Shown here: positions 17,969 through 27,442 of the stretch, one piece after another | Position numbering within the stretch: the stretch's first letter is position 1 | Layout of the letters: every line of letters begins with the position of its first letter | Sequence record: OU343167.1 | Reading direction: 5' to 3' (one strand) | DNA: 64,000 bases | Position numbers and translations under genes: made by a program | Notes under the pieces: model-generated | Told to the model about the DNA's origin: nothing | The model's input: the letters and a program-made list of their open reading frames with translations, nothing else | The model's database searches: none

Positions 17969-18865
17969 ATGGCTAGTAACCCTATCGATCAGCAGATTAT
18001 CAACGTAGTACGTACGTGCTATGCATCTTATCTGCAAACTACAAAATATCTCGGTCTATCTCCGTTCCGTGTGATTGCACATACAACTCTGAATGAGAAG
18101 TTCGGTGTACAAAATGGCGTAACTCCAGCAGCGGGTGAAATTCCGAACGTGCGTTATATGGTAATTGGTAACATGGGTCACTACACAATCAAAGCCGCTG
18201 ATGGCTCCGATGAAGTAGAAAACCGTATTCACCGTTCTAACCATGCTGCACTTTATAACCATATTCCGTTTGCACTGCGTGAAGTAACTGATGATCTTCC
18301 AGCCGCACAACGGGATCGGTTCTGCTTACGTGTTCCGGAAAAACATAATGGTAAAAACTACGTTGCCTATTATGGAATGCGCATTAACGTTACAGGTGTA
18401 CAACCACAGCTTCTGGAAATCGAAGTAATTAATGGTATTCCAACACCGAAACCGTACACACCAACTGTTGATGATCTTAACCCAGTACCGCCAGCTATTT
18501 CGAACAACGGTACAGTTATCGGTTCTAACGTAAATATCTCGGCTAGTGCAATTGTTAAGGTAAGTTTGTCTGCTGAAGATATTATCGAGATCACCAATGC
18601 GCATCGAATTCGTACTACATCGACTCGTTCTCCGATTATCTCTGAGATCGGCTTGTGTTCTGGTGTTGACCGTAAGGTCGATGCACCCGCCGGTACGGGT
18701 GGTTCGTTCCAATATCTCGAAGTAATCGCTTGTCAAGTTAACGTACATATTGCCACTAACCATCCAATCGGTTATAACTCGAATGGTCTTAATCTGACCT
18801 TCGATATTGGTGGCGTTGAGCCTACTCTTGGCGACAAGGCAGTAAACGTAGCTAAGTTCGTATAA
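17969..18865 (+). CDS. Virion structural protein (gp139-like position, 298 aa)
   Basis: AAGGA SD; long ORF; [10 protein letters not shown] resembles EIGL motifs of baseplate/fibre-attachment proteins. Confidence 0.7.
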   Translation: MASNPIDQQIINVVRTCYASYLQTTKYLGLSPFRVIAHTTLNEKFGVQNGVTPAAGEIPNVRYMVIGNMGHYTIKAADGSDEVENRIHRSNHAALYNHIPFALREVTDDLPAAQRDRFCLRVPEKHNGKNYVAYYGMRINVTGVQPQLLEIEVINGIPTPKPYTPTVDDLNPVPPAISNNGTVIGSNVNISASAIVKVSLSAEDIIEITNAHRIRTTSTRSPIISEIGLCSGVDRKVDAPAGTGGSFQYLEVIACQVNVHIATNHPIGYNSNGLNLTFDIGGVEPTLGDKAVNVAKFV

Positions 18866-18875
18866 GGACTTGGTT

Positions 18876-19442
18876 ATGTTGCAGATGCCTGAAAGCGATG
18901 AACCATTCCGTGTTGCTTCGTTCGACCCAGGTTCGTCTAACTTGGGTCAAGCGTTGTTGGAACATGGCTTTAAGAATGAAGGTGTGGCGGTGAAAACCGC
19001 CTATACCTCTGTTCTTAGAGATACTCATCCGGACTATTCAATGTTCGGGGAATTGCATGGTAGTCGGGTAGTCCGATTAATGATCATGCGAGATTTGATA
19101 CTAGACTTCTTAAGGACACATAGACCACATGCTGTTATTGTTGAATCTAACTATCTAGGTAGATTTGCCACAAGCTTTGCCGCATTGGTTGAATGTGTTG
19201 CCGTTATACGAAGTGCTCTTTTTGAGTATGACCCTTTTATACCGCTTTACATGGTTGACCCTACAACAGTTAAAACCAACGTGGGTATGAAGAAAATTAA
19301 GGGTACAGACAAAGAAGATGTGCGACGTGTATTGGTAAGTAGACCCGATGTTGTTTGGGGTGATGTTGACCATAATCAACTAGATGAACACTCCATCGAT
19401 GCTGTAGCAATCGGTTACTATTTCCTTACGCAGTTGTTCTAG
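18876..19442 (+). CDS. ruvC: RuvC-like Holliday junction resolvase
   Basis: ASFDPGSSNLG (Asp), VIVESNY (Glu), PTTVK, HSIDAVAIG (Asp): the RuvC catalytic pattern. Confidence 0.85.
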   Translation: MLQMPESDEPFRVASFDPGSSNLGQALLEHGFKNEGVAVKTAYTSVLRDTHPDYSMFGELHGSRVVRLMIMRDLILDFLRTHRPHAVIVESNYLGRFATSFAALVECVAVIRSALFEYDPFIPLYMVDPTTVKTNVGMKKIKGTDKEDVRRVLVSRPDVVWGDVDHNQLDEHSIDAVAIGYYFLTQLF

Positions 19443-19949
19443 ATGCGAGGTAGTATGTTCAACTGGTTAAAAAACATCAAGTGGTTTAATTGGGTGTTTA
19501 TCGGTATAGTTATTACCGGTGGGCTTGGACTGTTGTTCTTCTATAACCAGTATACTGATCAGCTTGTACACAATGGCAGTTTAGTTGAGAAAAATGGTCA
19601 ACTAGAAGTCAAAGTCGAAATGCAGGGTAAGTCAGCTGCCATCACTGATGAAACCGTTACTCAGTATACCACTCAAAAAGTCGATGAGCTGAGAGAGCTG
19701 GAACAATCACGAGCAGGAGTGATTGATGAGTACATTAACTTATCCGGGAATTCTGGGGTCAAGTGGCCTACTACAGAAAATATCCCTGTGGAAAAAATTC
19801 GGGATGAATCTATTCGGAAGAATCCCACCGCCGCCATTAAAGATAATGGTAGTGTTACTGACGATGTTGCTCTTATCACCCTTGCTAATAGGATGTACGA
19901 GCACTACTGCAAAGCCAAGCGGCTGGACCCGCAGTGCGGTACCAAGTAG
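19443..19949 (+). CDS. Probable inner-membrane spanin (i-spanin, Rz-like)
   Basis: N-terminal TM (WVFIGIVITGGLGLLFFY), coiled-coil periplasmic part, two C-terminal Cys; overlaps a lipoprotein gene. ATG 19455 has the better SD (GAGGT). Confidence 0.75.
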   Translation: MRGSMFNWLKNIKWFNWVFIGIVITGGLGLLFFYNQYTDQLVHNGSLVEKNGQLEVKVEMQGKSAAITDETVTQYTTQKVDELRELEQSRAGVIDEYINLSGNSGVKWPTTENIPVEKIRDESIRKNPTAAIKDNGSVTDDVALITLANRMYEHYCKAKRLDPQCGTK

Positions 19950-20196
19950 CTTTACTCAACTTTGCTATGTAGCTCCTCCACCGTCAGCTGACGATCTCAT
20001 CAATGCACCTAGTCGGTATAAAGTAGCTGGGATCACTGATCCATGGGAAGCTCGTTTCCTATTGATGACAGATCACTGGTTATTACAGACTGACTATCTC
20101 GGTTCGTGTAATTTGCAAATCGAGAAGCTCCGTGACTGGGATAAAAAACAGTCAGAGATGGAGAGAAGCTATGACTCTGGAAAAAATATTAAGTGA
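19804..20196 (+). CDS. Probable outer-membrane spanin lipoprotein (o-spanin, Rz1-like)
   Basis: +1 frame overlap with the i-spanin 3' end; signal peptide ending LLIGC lipobox; Pro-rich APPPS; start ATG 19804 or 19846. Confidence 0.75.
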   Translation: MNLFGRIPPPPLKIMVVLLTMLLLSPLLIGCTSTTAKPSGWTRSAVPSSFTQLCYVAPPPSADDLINAPSRYKVAGITDPWEARFLLMTDHWLLQTDYLGSCNLQIEKLRDWDKKQSEMERSYDSGKNIK

Positions 20197-20575
20197 CCTT
20201 GGCGATAAGCCTTTGTCGAAAGCTCCTAACTATCGTCAAATCGTAGCATACTTGAACGGTATGTTACATGCAGATGGTAGTGCACGTGTTAATGGGAATA
20301 CAACTGCCGATGAAGTATTAACTGAGATCTATTCTCTTTCTGATCTTGAAAAGCAGTCGAAGCTTCTCGAAAAAGAATACACTGGTGTTAGAGCTAGTGA
20401 TACTTACCGCAGTTCTATTTTAACTGCAAGTGCCTTGTTAGCTATACTGTCCACTGGTGTAGTGATGAGTGTTATTAACACTGATGGTCCAATGACTTCA
20501 GAAGTAGCCGATATCTTTAAAACTTTAGGTATGGGTCTTATTGAAATCATTAAGATGGTAATTTCTACTCAGTAA
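20171..20575 (+). CDS. Membrane protein with C-terminal hydrophobic helices (holin candidate, 134 aa)
   Basis: GGAG SD at ATG 20171; ILTASALLAILSTGVVMSVI plus an amphipathic terminal helix; co-transcribed with the spanins. Confidence 0.55.
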   Translation: MTLEKILSDLGDKPLSKAPNYRQIVAYLNGMLHADGSARVNGNTTADEVLTEIYSLSDLEKQSKLLEKEYTGVRASDTYRSSILTASALLAILSTGVVMSVINTDGPMTSEVADIFKTLGMGLIEIIKMVISTQ

Positions 20576-20585
20576 CAATAATATT

Positions 20586-20614
20586 AGCCCCTCCTTAAGT
20601 GGAGGGGCTTTTAT
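20586..20614 (+). terminator. Intrinsic terminator
   Basis: AGCCCCTCC-TTAAGT-GGAGGGGCT-TTTAT; a TATG follows at 20620. Confidence 0.8.
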
Positions 20615-20665
20615 AATGCTATGTGGGTTAAGTAAATTTTGTAAACCACAATTGAGGGTTTAACA

Positions 20666-21199
20666 ATGAGCGATCGTTTTCCTTATAACCTCCCGTCTCG
20701 TGCGGCACTTTGCCGTTTGATTCGGGAAACGTCTAAACACAAGAATATTCAGGACGAGTTTATAAACTTCGAAGATATGTTCTTCAGTCCTACTTCTGGT
20801 GTTCCGGGGCGTACTTATATCGAGATGATCGATAACAAAGCTAGTCTAAAAGACTGGTTCGTTTATCGTCGTCTGGAATTGTCTCACCCTGATTGTCTTG
20901 GACCTAATCCGTCTATTAAACTATCTGGTGTAGCTACACCTGCGGCCATCGCAGAAGAGATCAACCGTTCCCGTAAGATGACATTCGGTCCGGACGATCT
21001 ATCCTTCTCTACCACTGTCATTAATACCAAAGACGACGTATTCGAATATGAACTCGTTGCAATGACTGGTAGTTACGCCTACTTCGGTTCGACTATCGTT
21101 ACGATCGAAATGGTTGAAGGTAACCAATATGCACGTCTACTTGAGGATGGTGGTTATCGTCTAATGGAAGACGGCTTGATTCGTGAGCTGGAACATTAA
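20666..21199 (+). CDS. Putative virion structural protein of the dispersed paralog family (177 aa)
   Basis: WFVYRRLEL and GSYAYFGS motifs; C-terminal RLLEDGGYRLMEDG. Confidence 0.7.
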   Translation: MSDRFPYNLPSRAALCRLIRETSKHKNIQDEFINFEDMFFSPTSGVPGRTYIEMIDNKASLKDWFVYRRLELSHPDCLGPNPSIKLSGVATPAAIAEEINRSRKMTFGPDDLSFSTTVINTKDDVFEYELVAMTGSYAYFGSTIVTIEMVEGNQYARLLEDGGYRLMEDGLIRELEH

Positions 21200-21216
21200 T
21201 TACTGGAGACAGACAA

Positions 21217-21996
21217 ATGGGTACTGTACTCAAACGTGGCGACCGCGGCTCTGCTGTGGAAGATCTACAAATGAAACTTCGAGTCGCAGGATACGCAGTT
21301 AGCGCTGACGGAATCTTCGGTGGAGATACAGAGAAAGCTGTTCGTGATTTCCAAGCTTCTAAAGCTTTGGTGGTTGACGGAAAAGTTGGACCTGCTACTC
21401 TAGCTGAACTAGCCAAATCCGCTACTGTTCCTGCTAAATGGGAAGCTATCCCTTTCCCAACAGCTAATAAATCTCGGTCGGCTGCAATGCCCACTCTGAA
21501 TGCGGTTGGAGCAATGACTGGTACCGATCCTCGGTTACTCGCTACATTCGCTTCCATTGAGTCTGCTTTTGATTACACTGTCAAAGCATCCACATCTTCG
21601 GCTACTGGTTGGTTCCAGTTCCTTGATGCTACATGGGATGACATAATCAAAGCACATGGTTCCAAATACGGGCTACCTAAAGATCCCACTAGGGCACTCC
21701 GTAAAGACCCACGTGCAAATGCATTAATGGGTGCAGAATTCCTTAAAGGAAATGCAGCTGTATTACGTCCAGTAGTCAATCGCGAACCGAGTGATACAGA
21801 CTTGTATTTGGCACATTTCCTTGGTGCTGGCGGCGCTAAGAAATTCCTATCCGCAGATCAGAAAACTCTCGGTGAAGTTCTATTCCCGAAACCTGCTAAA
21901 GCAAACCCGTCGATCTTTAGCAATAAAGGTGTACCACGTACCCTTGCAGAGATCTACAAGCTGTTCGAAGATAAAGTTTCGAAACATCGGGCATAG
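21217..21996 (+). CDS. Modular endolysin, N-terminal peptidoglycan-binding domain plus lytic transglycosylase (KZ144-like)
   Basis: LKRGDRG...DGIFG..TE.AV..FQ....L.VDG.VGP.T PG-binding motif; ASIESAF (catalytic Glu), ATGWFQF, LYLAHFLG SLT motifs. Confidence 0.95.
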   Translation: MGTVLKRGDRGSAVEDLQMKLRVAGYAVSADGIFGGDTEKAVRDFQASKALVVDGKVGPATLAELAKSATVPAKWEAIPFPTANKSRSAAMPTLNAVGAMTGTDPRLLATFASIESAFDYTVKASTSSATGWFQFLDATWDDIIKAHGSKYGLPKDPTRALRKDPRANALMGAEFLKGNAAVLRPVVNREPSDTDLYLAHFLGAGGAKKFLSADQKTLGEVLFPKPAKANPSIFSNKGVPRTLAEIYKLFEDKVSKHRA

Positions 21997-22127
21997 CGTC
22001 CACCTGTTCTTTTAACGGTGGTAACACTTAGAAAAGGATTTTGTTAACCTGATACTTCCCCAGGTTTGAAGGTGGTATTATCAGGTTAAAAGAATATGTG
22101 CAACGCAGCCAATCCTGAAGGACATCT

Positions 22128-24077
22128 ATGATGGCTGAAGAAAAGAAAAAGGTTTCTGAACTCGATTTTCTGTCTGGTCTAACCGGACAGGAATTCGTAG
22201 AGGTTGTTGCTCGCGATACAGAAGGTTCTTATAAGAACTATCGTGTACTCGCAGATAAATTACGTGTAGGCGCTTCTGCTTTTGATGGCGCTGTCAAAGC
22301 TGGTTTTGTCGGTACTGAAGAAGAATGGTTAGAAAGCCTACACGGAGCTGATGGTAAGTCTGCTTATCAGATCGCTCGTGATAATGGTTTCGTTGGTACT
22401 GAAGAACAATGGCTGGAAAGCCTAGAAGGCGCTAATGGTAAGTCCGCATACGAATCCGCTGTTGATGGTGGATACGTTGGTACTGAAGAAGAATTTAACC
22501 TGTCGCTTGCCGAACCGAAAGGTGTAAATGGTGGCGTATTCATCACTGATATCACTCCGGTTAATGCCGCTGATAACGTCGGTGAGAAGGTTAAGTCCGC
22601 GGATAGTTTCTCTCTGGTGCAATGTTCTTCGTCTACTCGTGACGTTAAAGTTAAAGTGGCTGCTATTACCGGTCATACTAACTATCGTCCTGTCGTTAAA
22701 GTTAACGGCGTAGATGTATCTCTCGTCGCTGGTGCAAATGCCCCGATGTGGACCGGTGAAGTAACTATTAATCTGCCTGAGCCGGTTGGTAGTGATCCCA
22801 TTAAGGTCGAAGCTGTTCACGAAGATGGTGCTAAGGCATCTACTGATGTAATCATGGATACCGCGCCGGTTGTAACTGCGGCTACATTTACAGGTGAATA
22901 TCCTGGTTCTCAAACCGAGCTGAAAGCAGGCGACACAATGTCGATCACTTTCACCACTGACCAAGATGTGGTAGGTTATGAGATTCGTGATGAAGGTGCA
23001 TTCGTAGCACGCAATGGTACACTGACTGCTGGTAAGACTCACAGTCTGATTGGTCTGGTTATTGCTGACCGTGGTAACACTGCTACTAACCAACCGTTCA
23101 GTATCCGCGTTAAGAAAGCCTCCGGTAGTTTCTCCGCGTGGTATAAGTCCGACGTAGCTGGTACTACTGAGAAAGTCAACGTTGTCAAGCTGAACAACCT
23201 GAAACCGACGATTACATTCGGTGCTGTAACTTATCCGGCTGGTCAAACTGCCATTAAAGCTGGTGAAGATGCAACCGTTGCTAACACTGTAACTAACGCT
23301 ACTAGCGCTACTTACACCTCGGCTAATGGTCAGCTGACTGTAACTAACCCGACTCAGATTGAAGCAAACAAAACTGTTTCTTACCTGACTGGTAATTACA
23401 ACGACCTGACTAATAACCTGACAATCACTGCGCAACGTGCTGCTAACGGTAGTTCGTCTACTGCATCGACAATCGTTAAGATTGCTAACGGTGCCCCTGA
23501 ACTGACTGTTACCACTCCTGCCACTCGTCTGCGCTCTGGTGGTAATGCAGGTACTGTTGTACAGCGTCACACCATCACTATCACTTCGACTCAATCGCTG
23601 GCTGAAGCCCCTGTGATGACTGCTCCTGGCGGTAACTGGGATTCTGCTGGTTGGGTGGGTGATGCAGCTAAGAAAGTATGGACACGCACACTGCTCGTTC
23701 ATGATGATGATGCTAAAGGTATCTTCAACTTTACCGATGTTGTAGCCAAAGGTCTGGCTGGCGTTACAGTCAATACCCTTAAAGCTGGTGGCGAGTATAC
23801 CCTTGGTGGCTTCGTTCTTCGTACCATGTCTATCGCTGCTTTCCCGAATCGTGAAGGTGCTATTGGTACAGATGTAGTTATGACTGGTAAACTTCGCTGC
23901 ACTAACCTGTCTAAGGGTGCTAGCGGTTCTCTTAACTTCACCTATAAAGCTGACGATGCTGATGCTGTAAATACTTACACCATCAAGAATAGCAATAGTT
24001 GGTATAACTGCGACGCAGCTAACGCTGTATCTAACACATCCGGTCTGATGCGCGTCGAACTTGAGGAAGTTGTATAA
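22128..24077 (+). CDS. Tail fibre/decoration protein with GKSAY repeats and Thr-rich Ig-like domains (649 aa)
   Basis: Three G[KA]SA[YF]...G[FY]VGTEE repeats; beta-rich T/V/A composition; GAAGGA SD. Confidence 0.8.
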   Translation: MMAEEKKKVSELDFLSGLTGQEFVEVVARDTEGSYKNYRVLADKLRVGASAFDGAVKAGFVGTEEEWLESLHGADGKSAYQIARDNGFVGTEEQWLESLEGANGKSAYESAVDGGYVGTEEEFNLSLAEPKGVNGGVFITDITPVNAADNVGEKVKSADSFSLVQCSSSTRDVKVKVAAITGHTNYRPVVKVNGVDVSLVAGANAPMWTGEVTINLPEPVGSDPIKVEAVHEDGAKASTDVIMDTAPVVTAATFTGEYPGSQTELKAGDTMSITFTTDQDVVGYEIRDEGAFVARNGTLTAGKTHSLIGLVIADRGNTATNQPFSIRVKKASGSFSAWYKSDVAGTTEKVNVVKLNNLKPTITFGAVTYPAGQTAIKAGEDATVANTVTNATSATYTSANGQLTVTNPTQIEANKTVSYLTGNYNDLTNNLTITAQRAANGSSSTASTIVKIANGAPELTVTTPATRLRSGGNAGTVVQRHTITITSTQSLAEAPVMTAPGGNWDSAGWVGDAAKKVWTRTLLVHDDDAKGIFNFTDVVAKGLAGVTVNTLKAGGEYTLGGFVLRTMSIAAFPNREGAIGTDVVMTGKLRCTNLSKGASGSLNFTYKADDADAVNTYTIKNSNSWYNCDAANAVSNTSGLMRVELEEVV

Positions 24078-27000
24078 TGGCTGGTGAATCCGCATTTGAA
24101 GTTTTCGTTAACGGTGAGTTACCAAAACGTATCTCCACCGAAGACAATCCTCTTGAGGTAGTTGCAGGCAAGATCCCGGTTTCGACCGGGGCTGGCCTGG
24201 CTACAACTTTCAAAGACCCGACCGAAATCGAGGGAATGAAAGGTGAGGATGGCGCGGATGGTAAATCCGCTTATCAGCTGGCACTCGATGCTGGCTTTAT
24301 TGGTACCGAAGCCGAGTGGCTCGAATCGCTGAAAGGCGAAGACGGCGCTAAAGGTGATACTGGTCTGCAAGGTAATCCTGGTGAACCGGGTCCCGTTACC
24401 AATATCAAAGGTACCGTAACTCTTGACGATTTCGAAACCAACATTGCTCCCATCGATAGTTGGGAATTTGGTGATGCTTGGTTCGTTCGTTCTTCCACTG
24501 CTACTGTACTGAAAGTATGGTCTGCCCCAGAAACCGGTTCGCCGGATGCTGGCCAGTGGATCGACTCCGGTGACATGCGTGGTCCGGAAGGTACTGGTCT
24601 TGTTATTCGTGGTCAATGGCCTGATAACCAAGAACTTCCGCCCTTGGCTGCCAAAGGTGATACCTACGGTTGGAAAAATGCTCTTTACACTTTCATGCTT
24701 GTAGCTGGTGAAGAAGATATCTTCCCTGACAACTATGCATACATCCAGATCGTGCCGATGGGTCCTGAGGGTCCTAAAGGTGATACTGGTGCCAAAGGTG
24801 ATAAAGGCGACCGTGGTCTGAAAGGTGACACTGGTGCACCTGGTAAGGACGCTACTCCGTTCACTATTAAAGCCGACTTAGCTTCCGAAGATGATCTGCC
24901 TCTGGCTGGCGATGCCAAGCCTGAAGAAGCATATTCGGTTATGGTTGACGATGTACGCCATCTATTCGTCTTCTCCGTCGATGAAAACCGCTGGATGGAT
25001 CTCGGTACTTGGCAGGGCCCGAAAGGTGAACCTGGTCAAGACGGTATCATCGGTGGCGACGGCCCGAAAGGGGACAAAGGCGATAAGGGTGATAAAGGCG
25101 ATCCTGGCCAAGATGGTATCGATGGTCAAGACGGTGCTCCTGGTGAAAACCTGGAAATCCTTGGTACGTATCCGACCATGGCAGATCTTCTGGCCGCAGG
25201 TGCTACTCTTGTCATCAAGAAAGCTTACGCTGTTCGCGATGTTAACACCCTCTTCTACGTAGCTACTACTCCTGTTACCTCTGAAGGCGACCTGATTAAC
25301 CTAGGTCAATTCAAAGGTGAGAAGGGCGACAAAGGAGATAAAGGTGACAAAGGGGATACCGGTGCAAAAGGCGATAAGGGTGACACCGGTGACGGTGGTA
25401 AGAACCTGGTTGTCTCCGGTGTTCTTCCTGACCTTGCTGCCATTCAAGCCGTACCTGATCCGCAAGAACAGGAAGCTTGGGTAGCTGCCGATAACCGCCA
25501 CCTCTACATGTTCATTGATGGAGCATGGGTTGACCTTGGTACTCATACTGGCGCCAAAGGCGATAAAGGGGACAAGGGCGATAAGGGTGATACTGGCGCC
25601 AAGGGTGACACTGGTGATAAAGGCGACAAAGGTGATCAGGGTGAAAACTTTGAAATCATCGCTGTTGTTGACACTGTAGGTGAAGTTCCTCCGGCCACTG
25701 CCGACAACAAAGGTAAAGCCGTTGTTGTTAAAGGCGGCGATGTTTATGTAAACATTAGTGGTACTCAGTTCGTATCTGTTGGTCCCATTGGCCAGAAAGG
25801 TGAACAGGGTGATCGTGGCGCCTCGATGCGCATCGTTGGTGAAGTAGGTTCTGTTGAAGCTCTACCTGAACTGGTAGCCGGTGAAACTGATCCCGCTGAT
25901 GGCGAGGCGTACATTGTTACCGTTATCCAGGGTGATGACACCATTAAGGTAATCTACGTAGCTAACCGCTCTACGAATACCTACGATGGTCCGTTCAATA
26001 TCCAGGGTCCGCAAGGTAACGATGGTCCGCAGGGTGAAGTAGGTCCTCGCGGTGAAATCGGCCAAGGTATCAAAATTGTTGGCGACTATCCGTCTGAAGC
26101 TGCTCTTACAGCTGCTCATCCGACTAGTGCTATTGGTGATGCATATTCGGTTGGTCCTGAAAACAGTAAAGAACTGTTTGTTTGGGCTGTCGATGGTGCT
26201 GATGATACTGAGAAGTATCTGAACCTGGGTAGCTTCACCGTTGGCGCCAAAGGCGAGAAAGGTGATAAGGGTGACCAAGGTATCGTTGGTCCTCGCGGTA
26301 TTCAAGGTGCAAAAGGTGATAAAGGTTCTCGTTGGGTAATTCTACCGAACGGTGTCGATATCCCGAATAACACTATTGGTACTCAAGATGACTGGTGCCT
26401 TGATAAGTCTGGTAAAGTTTGGTATCGTGACGCAACTGGCTGGAAAGAATTCATCCAACTTCTGGATGTTCCTGTAGCCGAAGTAGAAACTGCCGATCAG
26501 AACAAGAAGATGGTTCGCTATCAACTTGGCTGGGCACCTCTACTGGTCGATGAAGTGGAAACCCCTGAAGAAGGTGAACAGTATATCCGTAAGGGTAAAG
26601 CTGATGGCACCACCGAATGGGCTCCGCTTGAAGTAGATGCTGTACCAGACGTTCCTACTCCCAACATTGCTCTTGCAATGGTTCGTAAGGACGGTGAGTG
26701 GAAACAAGGTGCACCTATTGTCATTGCCAACGATGTTGATAAGCATTACGTTCTGAAGGGTAAGGCTAGCTGGGTCGAAACCGATGTCTTTAAAGACGCG
26801 GCTAGCGATGGTAAGTCTTACGCTCGTAAGGATGGTGCTTGGGCTGCGGTAGTACCTGAAACTACCAATGATGATAAACTGTACGCTCGTAAAACTACTG
26901 TTGCTGGCGTGTCCAGCTGGGTAGAGGTACCGGCTGCAATTATCGCATCGGATGCTCCGGATGCCAAGAACTACACTCGTTCTAACGGCGAGTGGAAAGA

Positions 27001-27400
27001 ACTGGTAACCATTCCGGAACCAGGTATCGATGCTACTAAAGTTTGGGGTCGTCAGACAACTGCTGCTGGTACATCGGCGTGGGTAGAGATCAAGAAAGAA
27101 TTTGATACCTACTCCCTGCTATCTGGTGCTGCTCCTGCTGGTAACTTCACCATCACTCCGGCTAACCAACAGTGCTATACTGTTCCATCTACTGCTGCTC
27201 GTACTATCACTCTAGGTGATGGTCCGTCTGGCCGAATGATTACAGCTGTACTGGTTCTAACTGGTACGGTCATTCCGACCTTCAGCGGTAACTTCAAATG
27301 GAATGATAACACGGCTCCTGAAGCTGCTGCAACCAAGACTGTCATCACCCTTCTGTGGGATGGTAGTGAATGGCTCGGCGCTAAAGGTGCTGGCTACTAA
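24077..27400 (+). CDS. Collagen-like long tail fibre (1107 aa)
   Basis: Many Gly-X-Y runs (GDKGDKGDT) separated by ~9 homologous globular beads, ~8 short YxRKxGxW repeats and a beta-rich tip; TAATG coupling with the upstream gene. Confidence 0.9.
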   Translation: MAGESAFEVFVNGELPKRISTEDNPLEVVAGKIPVSTGAGLATTFKDPTEIEGMKGEDGADGKSAYQLALDAGFIGTEAEWLESLKGEDGAKGDTGLQGNPGEPGPVTNIKGTVTLDDFETNIAPIDSWEFGDAWFVRSSTATVLKVWSAPETGSPDAGQWIDSGDMRGPEGTGLVIRGQWPDNQELPPLAAKGDTYGWKNALYTFMLVAGEEDIFPDNYAYIQIVPMGPEGPKGDTGAKGDKGDRGLKGDTGAPGKDATPFTIKADLASEDDLPLAGDAKPEEAYSVMVDDVRHLFVFSVDENRWMDLGTWQGPKGEPGQDGIIGGDGPKGDKGDKGDKGDPGQDGIDGQDGAPGENLEILGTYPTMADLLAAGATLVIKKAYAVRDVNTLFYVATTPVTSEGDLINLGQFKGEKGDKGDKGDKGDTGAKGDKGDTGDGGKNLVVSGVLPDLAAIQAVPDPQEQEAWVAADNRHLYMFIDGAWVDLGTHTGAKGDKGDKGDKGDTGAKGDTGDKGDKGDQGENFEIIAVVDTVGEVPPATADNKGKAVVVKGGDVYVNISGTQFVSVGPIGQKGEQGDRGASMRIVGEVGSVEALPELVAGETDPADGEAYIVTVIQGDDTIKVIYVANRSTNTYDGPFNIQGPQGNDGPQGEVGPRGEIGQGIKIVGDYPSEAALTAAHPTSAIGDAYSVGPENSKELFVWAVDGADDTEKYLNLGSFTVGAKGEKGDKGDQGIVGPRGIQGAKGDKGSRWVILPNGVDIPNNTIGTQDDWCLDKSGKVWYRDATGWKEFIQLLDVPVAEVETADQNKKMVRYQLGWAPLLVDEVETPEEGEQYIRKGKADGTTEWAPLEVDAVPDVPTPNIALAMVRKDGEWKQGAPIVIANDVDKHYVLKGKASWVETDVFKDAASDGKSYARKDGAWAAVVPETTNDDKLYARKTTVAGVSSWVEVPAAIIASDAPDAKNYTRSNGEWKELVTIPEPGIDATKVWGRQTTAAGTSAWVEIKKEFDTYSLLSGAAPAGNFTITPANQQCYTVPSTAARTITLGDGPSGRMITAVLVLTGTVIPTFSGNFKWNDNTAPEAAATKTVITLLWDGSEWLGAKGAGY

Positions 27401-27409
27401 TAATAGCGG

Positions 27410-27442
27410 CATAAAGCCCAGGGTTAACCCTGGGCTTTTATG
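27410..27442. terminator. Bidirectional terminator, CATA...TATG family
   Basis: CATA-AA-GCCCAGGG-TTAA-CCCTGGGC-TTT-TATG between convergent genes; the minus-strand stop codon lies in the loop. Confidence 0.85.

Noticed and set aside
19788-20190. A-rich slippery runs (GGAAAAAA) in the spanin overlap as programmed frameshifts
   Set aside because: The required shifts would be +1, each downstream ORF has its own plausible start, and no stimulatory structure was seen.
22422-24095. 557-aa minus-strand ORF opposite the fibre gene
   Set aside because: Exact antisense shadow of a codon-biased gene; Ser/Thr/Cys-rich, no SD or motifs.
25300-25640. GGTGA(C/T)AA(A/G) tandem DNA repeats as a VNTR or DGR target
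   Set aside because: Explained by Gly-Asp-Lys collagen codons with synonymous variation; no reverse transcriptase or template repeat in the window.
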